This document shows, one piece after another, positions 8,215 to 15,600 of a stretch of 64,000 nt of DNA. A program made the position numbers and the translations under genes. The stretch lies in UHGV virus genome UHGV-0279745, one strand, 5' to 3'. The stretch's first letter is position 1, and the number at the start of each line of letters is the position of its first letter. The notes beneath the pieces were generated by a model, which was not told the DNA's origin, did no database searches, and saw only the letters and a program-made list of their open reading frames with translations. This stretch comes from a virus.

Positions 8215-8745
8215 ATGGCAGCTACTAACCAGATGATGTTGGTCGCGCTTTATAATGCTGCTAACACTGAGCTACCACATCAGATTACTGATAAAGAAGT
8301 GTCCTTTGGTCTCCCTACTGCGCTGGAAGGCGAAGGTAAGAATACCAAAGTTACCATGACTGCACTGCCGGGTTCTGAGAATTTCAAAGGCGCAATCGAA
8401 CTGAAATACGATCGTCTGGAGCCGGGTGTTGTAGGTCGTATTGAGCTAACTGACGATCTGTCTCGCTGGGTTCAAGAAAATGAACTGCGCGCTTGGTTAC
8501 AATATTACATCAACAAAGTAAAACCTGACGACGCTATCGCACCAGCTGACGTTGTGTACAACACCGAAGACCAGAAAGACGAACATGAAAACGTCACTCT
8601 GCGTACCGTGACGTGCACCGTTACTGAAAGAAACCTCCGTTATAAACCAGGTGTAATGGCAACTTTCGTAATTACGCCGAAAGTTGTTGATAATCGTATT
8701 GACCTGGCCACCACCAACGGCGAGCTGGACGGTTTTACGTCCTAA
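8215..8745 (+). CDS. hypothetical abundant protein (176 aa), paralogue of 7608-8144
   Basis: AAGGA RBS; NTKVTMTA and GELDGFT motifs. Confidence 0.75.
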   Translation: MAATNQMMLVALYNAANTELPHQITDKEVSFGLPTALEGEGKNTKVTMTALPGSENFKGAIELKYDRLEPGVVGRIELTDDLSRWVQENELRAWLQYYINKVKPDDAIAPADVVYNTEDQKDEHENVTLRTVTCTVTERNLRYKPGVMATFVITPKVVDNRIDLATTNGELDGFTS

Positions 8746-8759
8746 GAAAAAATAAAAAT

Positions 8760-8800
8760 ACCTACCTCCTATTACGGGAGGTAGGTATACTATTTTTTTT
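8760..8800. terminator. bidirectional terminator (A-rich upstream, T-run downstream)
   Basis: acctacctcc-loop-ggaggtaggt flanked by aaaaataaaaat and tattttttttc; separates convergent genes. Confidence 0.7.
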
Positions 8801-8809
8801 CGCTGTCGA

Positions 8810-9481
8810 TTACAGCCCTTGCTCTAACGCAAACGCTTTTATCGAATCGTAATCACGTGCTTCAGCCCAAGCCCTGACTTCTCTTTTCTGCTCAGACATT
8901 GCGTGGTGTAGTTTTTGATCGCGCTCAACGATTGCTGCCAGCAACGTCTTGCACTGTTCTAACGTAAACGGTTCGATACGGGTGTTGTTAGCCGTTAACC
9001 AATACGCTGGCGCAGTTTCTGACTGGATATAACGACTCAGTGCTACCTGTGACTTCTCATCTGCCTGGAAAGTGAAATCACCTACCTGAATCTCAGCATA
9101 GCGTGCATCCTGATAACGGAATTCCAAAGCGCTTAGAATTTTCTGAACATCGGTAAAGATGTACCGCACCGTGGAACGTAAACCTGTACGAATTTCTTCC
9201 AGGTCAATCCCCAACGTGTCGTTAACAAAGTCTTTCGCTTTCTGTAGCGTAAACCGTGCTTCGATTTCAGACATGTCGTAGTTACGCATTTGTTCCAATG
9301 CTTCGCGATCAGACATCCCATCAATCAACTTATAGTGCAGTAACGCACAAAACCCTGTACGGCCGTGATCTTCGCTACCGATTTTCTCCATGTAGTTACC
9401 ATGACGATCAATCGGTAAATCGTGCGCAAAATAACGGCGACGGATTTCTTCTTTCGTTAAGCCTTCACCAGTAGCAGACAT
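8810..9481 (-). CDS. hypothetical protein (223 aa), last gene of rSAM/Cys-peptide operon
   Basis: AAGGAGA RBS; 25-nt overlap with upstream gene. Confidence 0.7.
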   Translation of the reverse strand: MSATGEGLTKEEIRRRYFAHDLPIDRHGNYMEKIGSEDHGRTGFCALLHYKLIDGMSDREALEQMRNYDMSEIEARFTLQKAKDFVNDTLGIDLEEIRTGLRSTVRYIFTDVQKILSALEFRYQDARYAEIQVGDFTFQADEKSQVALSRYIQSETAPAYWLTANNTRIEPFTLEQCKTLLAAIVERDQKLHHAMSEQKREVRAWAEARDYDSIKAFALEQGL

Positions 9482-10029
9482 TCATCGTCTCCTTTAATCA
9501 ACCCTAATTCGATTAACAGTTCAAAATCGATATGACGGAATCTTGTGTCGAAGTCCGATTCCCAATCGATACGGATACCCTGGCATTCTTCTGGCGTTAG
9601 CTCAGGAAAAATCACGCTATTAAATTTCTCCCGCTCATCGTAAAACCCATCAATCGGTGAGTTCGGGTTACGTGTTGCGAAGATAGTAATGCCGGGGAAG
9701 GACAATGCCAACACAGTGATAGATTCTGCGCTGGGTTCGCTTAAAGAGCGGCGTAGAAACGCAATTTTGTGACGTGGGAAATCCAATACCCGTTCTTCAA
9801 ACCCTGGGTTACGTTTTTCAATTTCCGCGACCGACAGGTCAGTAAGTTCGGTGCAGTACATTGGGATGATTACAGTCACACCGTGACGAATCAGCAAGCG
9901 TTTTACGTCATCGGTGAAATCTTCACCGTTAATCACCACATAACAACCAAATAGCTTACTGTTTTCCAGAAACTTATCCAGAAGTCGAATTCTACGCTTC
10001 GTAATATTGTTGATCAGAATTGGTTTCAT
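9457..10029 (-). CDS. hypothetical protein (190 aa) in rSAM/Cys-peptide operon
   Basis: ORF overlapping both neighbours (translational coupling). Confidence 0.65.
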   Translation of the reverse strand: MKPILINNITKRRIRLLDKFLENSKLFGCYVVINGEDFTDDVKRLLIRHGVTVIIPMYCTELTDLSVAEIEKRNPGFEERVLDFPRHKIAFLRRSLSEPSAESITVLALSFPGITIFATRNPNSPIDGFYDEREKFNSVIFPELTPEECQGIRIDWESDFDTRFRHIDFELLIELGLIKGDDECLLLVKA

Positions 10030-11314
10030 CTTTGGCTTCTCTTAATAATTTTTCCTTTTGGGCACGTTCACGAACACAGCGTGGGCAATAACACATGCTC
10101 GTGTCGTGGAACGCTTTTGCTGACGTCGTACCCATCTTCTGTTTCCAGTATTCCGCCACCATCAGTTTCGCTGTCGTCCAGCCACACTGACGTCGTTCAG
10201 CGTGATACGCTTTACGGTCTTCTAACGTTCCTTCCCCGTTCTCGTAAGAAGCCGCCGCGCAGCTACCACAAGCGTGTTTCATCGGACAACCTAAACAGGT
10301 CTCTGGGTAGTTGGTATATTGCGTTTGAATCTCTTCTAACAATTTACCGTTGTCCAGACTGACGAATTCCCGACCTACCAACTCAAACACCGCAGAACGC
10401 GACGTTACCGTTGACATAAAGCGGTTACAGCCAAAGATCTTACGGTCAAATCCTAAGCACGTCATGTGCGTTAACGTCCCACAGAACGGACGTAAGCGTT
10501 CTGGGTTCAGCCGTACGGTGTCATTATACAGTAACTGGTCACGCCAGTTCGGTTCCCAAATCGTATCGAAATCCAACCCTTCTGGAATGATGTGCGATAA
10601 GATATTACGTGGGTTGGTGTGTAATCCTTTCTCAACCCAGTAATCTATCACATCCATCATCTGTAAAGCGATTGACGTCGCCATGCTACGTGGCATAACG
10701 TCTTCGAAAGTTACGTTTCCAGAAATTGTCCCACCGCCAGTAATGTCAATTAATGACTTCATCCCCGCAGCATAGAACGGCAGCGTTTCTAACGTAAAGG
10801 TTGCTTTTACGCCGAGCTCTGCAATGCCAACCTCTTTTAAGTAGTTATAGCCACGTACTGCGGCTTCGTAAGAACCCTGGCGTGTTGTTGTGAATATACG
10901 ATAACGGTCATGGGATTCAGGTAAGCCGTCAATCGAAACCCCAACCGAAAGTTTGTCTTTCCAACGTTCTACAATCTCACGGTTCAACGGACGATCTAAC
11001 AGCGTTCCGTTCGTGGAGATACTAAACATAAACGGTCGGTTGTGTTCTTTACACAACTGCTCAGCGGTTTCAAACGCAGCCAGCAGCAGTTTAGGTTGCA
11101 TGAACGGTTCACCACCGATAATGTCAATAATAACTTCAACATTCGGTTCGTTTTTATCACGTTCAAAACAGGCGTGTAAGAAATCAACAATATCTGCCGC
11201 TTTGTTGTTACGCGGGTACTTACGTTCGTAACAATACTCGCAGTCCAGGTTACACGAAAGGTTGGTTACGATCTGATACGTTAACTGCTTAGGGAATTCA
11301 TTTACTTGACTCAT
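9992..11314 (-). CDS. radical SAM enzyme with C-terminal SPASM/twitch-like Cys cluster (440 aa)
   Basis: CNLDCEYC (CxxxCxxC) near N-terminus, GGEP motif, C-terminal CLGCPMKHACGSC plus further Cys pairs; GAGGGG RBS. Confidence 0.8.
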   Translation of the reverse strand: MSQVNEFPKQLTYQIVTNLSCNLDCEYCYERKYPRNNKAADIVDFLHACFERDKNEPNVEVIIDIIGGEPFMQPKLLLAAFETAEQLCKEHNRPFMFSISTNGTLLDRPLNREIVERWKDKLSVGVSIDGLPESHDRYRIFTTTRQGSYEAAVRGYNYLKEVGIAELGVKATFTLETLPFYAAGMKSLIDITGGGTISGNVTFEDVMPRSMATSIALQMMDVIDYWVEKGLHTNPRNILSHIIPEGLDFDTIWEPNWRDQLLYNDTVRLNPERLRPFCGTLTHMTCLGFDRKIFGCNRFMSTVTSRSAVFELVGREFVSLDNGKLLEEIQTQYTNYPETCLGCPMKHACGSCAAASYENGEGTLEDRKAYHAERRQCGWTTAKLMVAEYWKQKMGTTSAKAFHDTSMCYCPRCVRERAQKEKLLREAKDETNSDQQYYEA

Positions 11315-12221
11315 TTGCCGCCCCTCTATTACGCCCTGCCATCACCACACGACGAATATATTCGTACGCCTCTACACCGATAGAGAAGGCCAGTTGGTTA
11401 CATCCCGATTCCAGAACGTTAGGTGCATTCTGGAGTTGGTGCTCACCACCGTCTGCATTAATCCAAAGACTTTCGCTGCAAACGTTACACCCTTCTTCAA
11501 ACACTTTACTTACTGTAAAGCCGCATTCACGACTATTTACTACATTCAGTCGTTCAATGTTATCCTGAACCTGATAGTAGCCGTAAATAAAGTTCATGAC
11601 GTGGTCGGGCGATAAAGGTTTTGGCATTTTCGCATCTAAGAGTAACGTCATTGCACGGAAACCGTAATGGTAAATCGCGCTGTGCAGCTGAATAATATCT
11701 TCGTGCCAGCGTTTGTCCCCTAAACGGTCCCGTGTCAGGACACCCCAAGTCTGGACATTATCCAGCTCGTAGATCGTTTCCAGTGCTTCGTAACAGCCTT
11801 CGTCAATAAAGCGCATAAACGGGCGCTCAGACGACTTAAACCCATCGATGCTAACGTAGACATTGTCAAACTGTTTTAGCAACGGGAGATGCGATTTACG
11901 CATCTTTAAGCCATTGGTATACAACTGGTGTTTGAGTTCTGGACGAATCACTTTTAATTCGTCAACAAACGCCTCAATTTTACGGGTTGCCAGTAATGGC
12001 TCACCACCCGTCCACTGAATTTCGGTAATGGTTGGATTAGCTTCCAACGCTTCCAAAATTCGTTCACGTTGAAACTCTCGCGGAGAATCTTCACGATTCA
12101 TGTAATAGGCTCCACCGCAGAAGCTACAATCCAGGTTGCACTTGGACGTAGCGACTACGGACAATACGGTGGGTTTATCGTATAAACGATTCGATAACCT
12201 TGGTTCTGCATTGGTTGTCAT
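11298..12221 (-). CDS. radical SAM enzyme (307 aa)
   Basis: CNLDCSFC (CxxxCxxC), GGEPLL motif, additional C-terminal Cys residues; overlaps downstream gene. Confidence 0.8.
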   Translation of the reverse strand: MTTNAEPRLSNRLYDKPTVLSVVATSKCNLDCSFCGGAYYMNREDSPREFQRERILEALEANPTITEIQWTGGEPLLATRKIEAFVDELKVIRPELKHQLYTNGLKMRKSHLPLLKQFDNVYVSIDGFKSSERPFMRFIDEGCYEALETIYELDNVQTWGVLTRDRLGDKRWHEDIIQLHSAIYHYGFRAMTLLLDAKMPKPLSPDHVMNFIYGYYQVQDNIERLNVVNSRECGFTVSKVFEEGCNVCSESLWINADGGEHQLQNAPNVLESGCNQLAFSIGVEAYEYIRRVVMAGRNRGAANESSK

Positions 12222-12242
12222 TGCAGGTGACTCCGGTCGTTT

Positions 12243-13130
12243 TTAAATATAATCAATGGCGAACAAAGGATCGTCGTCTACGTTAGCACCAGGGGTTAAC
12301 AAGAATGGAGAGTTATACGCTTCCAAAATACGGTTAAGGTCTTTATAACGGACATTTAAACGTTCTAAATCCGCTAACGTTACGTTACGGTCCAACACCG
12401 CCGACACTGCTGCTTTCTCTTCGTCAGTTAACGTGACTTTCGTCATTAAGAAACTAACGAGTTTTGCCAGATCCGCTTCTGTTGACGGATGCTCGCCAAT
12501 ACGCGTTTGAATCAAATGCTGCATCCAAGGCTTACGGATGCGTTTTGTGATTTCGTGTTCATCCGTCAGGGCAACCCACACGGAACGTTCACGATCCCAC
12601 ACGAACTTATAGCTATACGCCATTAAATCCGCTAAGCAATTAATCCCTAACGCTTCGTACCCTTCAATTTCGATATACGATTCCGTATCGAAATAGTTCT
12701 TCGTTTCTGGTGTTACCAGGGTAAAGAAATACGGGAACGAACCTAAGTAATCCGGCGACCACCAACGACGGGCAACCGGTTTTGCGCCCATTTCTTCAAA
12801 TGGGGTAAAGAACAATTCCATATCTACGGAGTTATTCAAAATCCCGTCACTAAAGAAATATTTACCCGCAACCAGTTTACCACGCAACTCGGAGTCACCG
12901 GTAAAGACCACTACACTTTCTGCCGTCAGATCACGAATCTTAAACGTATTTTCTACACGATAGTTTTTACGATCGGTGAAGAAACGTCCGCGCACTTTAG
13001 GCCATTCGCCCGGCAACTGAGTCAACAGACGAACTTCATCTGCTAAGTGTGCACGTACGGAATCAGGGGAAGAAATGTGAAGTGGATGATTGAAAATTGT
13101 TTTGTACGCTAAATGTAAATCATTCTTCAT
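12243..13130 (-). CDS. hypothetical protein (295 aa) in rSAM/Cys-peptide operon
   Basis: ATG at 13130 preceded by GGAG RBS. Confidence 0.65.
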   Translation of the reverse strand: MKNDLHLAYKTIFNHPLHISSPDSVRAHLADEVRLLTQLPGEWPKVRGRFFTDRKNYRVENTFKIRDLTAESVVVFTGDSELRGKLVAGKYFFSDGILNNSVDMELFFTPFEEMGAKPVARRWWSPDYLGSFPYFFTLVTPETKNYFDTESYIEIEGYEALGINCLADLMAYSYKFVWDRERSVWVALTDEHEITKRIRKPWMQHLIQTRIGEHPSTEADLAKLVSFLMTKVTLTDEEKAAVSAVLDRNVTLADLERLNVRYKDLNRILEAYNSPFLLTPGANVDDDPLFAIDYI

Positions 13131-13279
13131 TGATTGCTCCAATTATTTCACGGTCAAACGGACATTCAGGGTATAGAAACCACCGCACCGTTGCCTACCG
13201 ATAACTTGAAACTCAGTAGTAAACCCGTACAATTAACTCAGTTATTGCGTAATAGACATACTACCACTGGAGGGCTTAG

Positions 13280-13486
13280 TTACCTTCCCCCCGCACCTTT
13301 ACTACAGCTACCACTGCACGACCAGCTACATCCGCCGTTACAGTTATAATGGCTTAAAGGTAAACCGGCAAGGTTATTGGTTGAAGACACAGTGCCCTGG
13401 TTTGCAATATAGTTGTTTGCGTTAGCGGTCGTAATATACCCTTCCGCTGTTACTAACCGATCACGAAGGTTCTTAAGGCTAATCAC
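13280..13486 (-). CDS. Cys-rich precursor-like peptide P3 (short, ~68 aa)
   Basis: GTG start after GGGAGG RBS that overlaps P2 stop; leader ISLKNLRDRL, junction HYNCNGGCSWSCSGSCS. Confidence 0.5.
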   Translation of the reverse strand: MISLKNLRDRLVTAEGYITTANANNYIANQGTVSSTNNLAGLPLSHYNCNGGCSWSCSGSCSKGAGGR

Positions 13487-13488
13487 AA

Positions 13489-13740
13489 TTACCTCCCAGA
13501 ACACCCACCAGAACAACTACCTGAGCAGCCTGCAGAACAGTTTCCTACACACGAGTTAGAACAACTCCCCGTACAGCTTCCTGAACAGCCACCAGAACAG
13601 GTATTCGAACATCCACTACAGCCTGCACTACAACCTGATACACAGTTTGCAGAACAGGAAGAACCACAGCCGCCTGATGCGTTCCCTGTACAACCACCAG
13701 AACAGCTCGAACAGGTCCAGCTACAGCTCCCACCACAGTC
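13489..13740 (-). repeat. low-complexity Cys-codon repeat region (P2 core)
   Basis: Reiterated CSGx / CxGx codon units visible in sequence. Confidence 0.6.
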
Positions 13741-13887
13741 ATAGTGGTTGCGAGCTTGCCCACCGAATAAGTCTGCGTTGTTCGTCGCTTTCCCACGAAT
13801 ATAGTTTTGTACTGCACCCGTATTCTTCAATGCAGTGTTGTCAATGTTATTTAGCCGCGCTTGTAGCGCAGGTAATCCAATTGCCAT
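13489..13887 (-). CDS. Cys/Ser/Gly-rich precursor-like peptide P2 (132 aa)
   Basis: AAGAGGTG RBS overlapping P1 stop; ~50-aa leader then ~80-aa core with Cys at about every fourth residue (about 20 Cys). Confidence 0.7.
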   Translation of the reverse strand: MAIGLPALQARLNNIDNTALKNTGAVQNYIRGKATNNADLFGGQARNHYDCGGSCSWTCSSCSGGCTGNASGGCGSSCSANCVSGCSAGCSGCSNTCSGGCSGSCTGSCSNSCVGNCSAGCSGSCSGGCSGR

Positions 13888-13897
13888 TTTTCACCTC

Positions 13898-14150
13898 TTA
13901 GGTTGGGCCAGAACAGCCACCAGAGCAAGCACCAGAACAACCCGTAGAACAACGGCCCGAGCAAGCACCCCCACAGGTCCCACTGCAACCTGAGCAGCCA
14001 CCGGAACACGTTGAACTACATCCAGTACACTGGTTACCGCACGCAGAGGAGCAGCTACCTACACACACTGACGTACAGGTGCCCGAACAACTCGTACAGC
14101 CATGCGTACAACCGTTTGAGCACGTCCAGCTGCAACTCCCCCCGCAGTCT
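13898..14150 (-). repeat. low-complexity Cys-codon repeat region (P1 core)
   Basis: Reiterated CSGx units. Confidence 0.6.
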
Positions 14151-14296
14151 AACCGACTTGGCGTCCAACCCGAAAAAGTGTCGGCGGCATTATGTGCTTT
14201 CGACGCAACTTGCGGATCAACACGTGGGCCAGTTGCCATTTGGTTCTCTACGTTGGTGATTCGGTCACGTACATTTTTAACACTGATCGCCATCAC
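13898..14296 (-). CDS. Cys/Ser/Gly-rich precursor-like peptide P1 (132 aa)
   Basis: AAGGA RBS; leader MAISVKNVRDRI, junction RLDCGGSCSWTCS, CxxxC-repeat core. Confidence 0.7.
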   Translation of the reverse strand: MMAISVKNVRDRITNVENQMATGPRVDPQVASKAHNAADTFSGWTPSRLDCGGSCSWTCSNGCTHGCTSCSGTCTSVCVGSCSSACGNQCTGCSSTCSGGCSGCSGTCGGACSGRCSTGCSGACSGGCSGPT

Positions 14297-14360
14297 GTAT
14301 CCTTAAAATAAAAAAGAATGGAGGACTACGCCCATAAGCATAGTTCCTCCTGTAATAAAG

Positions 14361-15560
14361 TTATTTCGTACCCGCTTCTGCCTGAACGTCATCACGGGAC
14401 GTCAAGTTAGCGTTAACGTGTACTGAAGCCTGAACCACACCACCGTATTTCTTGTGGAGATAGCCTGTGTGTGGGTTATCTGCCGCAATATGGTTTTGCA
14501 GGTTCTGATTCGCCTGACTGATCGCGTTCGTGTTATTCGCGACCTGTTGTTTAAGCGCATCCAAGTTTTGTTGCAGATTATCAATTTTCTGATCGGACTC
14601 ATTACCCCGCTGTTCTAACGCAGCAATGCGCTGAATCGCTTGATTGAGTTTGGTGCTCAGATCGTTGATATTTTTCTGTAACTGTAACACTAGCGAATTT
14701 AGGTTCGCCAATGCCAATGCCATTTTCTGGTAGTTTTGTGCAACGATGTTAAGTTGGTCGTTCCACGCTTCCAAAGATTTGACAACAGCATCAATACGTT
14801 TTCCTAACGCTTCATCCGCTTTCTTCAACGCATTAATATCAGTAATGGTTGCATCGATGGCAGACTGTACGTCACGGATAAGTGCACGGATCTCCGTTTC
14901 TGTTAACCCGTTAACCTGGTGAATATCCAGATGGTGGACGTTACCCGTGGCGTTAATGTGCGCGTTCAGCGCGTCCAGGAAATCGTTTTTCAGGCTTTCG
15001 AGAATCGCTTTGATGTTCTCAAGCTGTACAGCATCGCCCGCCGTTATCGCATCTTTAATGCCAGCGAGCACTGTAATGATATATTCGAAGCCGTAAATAT
15101 CGCCGACGTCTTTATACGTCGGTGCCGACGGAAATGTATCAGGAACATTTCGCAAGTCTTTAAAGCCAACAGTTCGATTATCGAGATTCAACTCAGCAAT
15201 CGCCTGTTCTATCGCAGTCACGTTTGCCGACTGCGGACCCCCGACTACTTGCGCCGATACCGTGATATCGGTCGGAATCGCGGTGTTCGTTACAACAACC
15301 GCCATTACCACTTCCCGGTTCTTCGTCAATTTCTCGTAAGCCGGGTGTGCAAAAATCAACTCATAGTCCGTTCCGCGCTCATACGTCGCATCGGGGCGGT
15401 TAGCAACCCGCAAGCGGAACGTATCAGCATAAAACGGACCGTCAGGAAAAGCAAACGCACGGTTAACTTTACCTGTGCCTAACGTAACCTGACGCTCCAC
15501 GGCGTTAGAGGTTAGGGTTCCCGTTAAATCTAAAGGGTATTGGTATACAATGGAGGCCAT
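14361..15560 (-). CDS. tail fibre protein (399 aa) with C-terminal coiled coil
   Basis: ATG with AAGGAGA RBS; N-terminal PDGPFY...GTDYEL domain shared with the three large fibres; heptad-rich C-terminus. Confidence 0.75.
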   Translation of the reverse strand: MASIVYQYPLDLTGTLTSNAVERQVTLGTGKVNRAFAFPDGPFYADTFRLRVANRPDATYERGTDYELIFAHPAYEKLTKNREVVMAVVVTNTAIPTDITVSAQVVGGPQSANVTAIEQAIAELNLDNRTVGFKDLRNVPDTFPSAPTYKDVGDIYGFEYIITVLAGIKDAITAGDAVQLENIKAILESLKNDFLDALNAHINATGNVHHLDIHQVNGLTETEIRALIRDVQSAIDATITDINALKKADEALGKRIDAVVKSLEAWNDQLNIVAQNYQKMALALANLNSLVLQLQKNINDLSTKLNQAIQRIAALEQRGNESDQKIDNLQQNLDALKQQVANNTNAISQANQNLQNHIAADNPHTGYLHKKYGGVVQASVHVNANLTSRDDVQAEAGTK

Positions 15561-15600
15561 GGCCACTCTCCTTAATCCGAGACGTCCTTGTCTCGTGGCG

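Noticed and set aside
13545-13901. Alternative-frame ORFs (13545-13817 minus, 13647-13901 plus) across the Cys-rich peptide genes
   Set aside because: Low-complexity codon repeats open ORFs in several frames; these frames give Val-rich or His/Ser-rich junk with no RBS, whereas the Cys-rich frames have RBSs, translational coupling and a conserved leader.
14011-14306. Plus-strand ORFs (14011-14259, 14079-14306) antisense to peptide P1
   Set aside because: Same low-complexity artefact; no RBS and no conserved features.
14919-15482. Plus-strand ORF (187 aa) inside the 399-aa tail-fibre gene
   Set aside because: Antisense to the coiled-coil fibre gene; Arg/Cys-rich junk translation.
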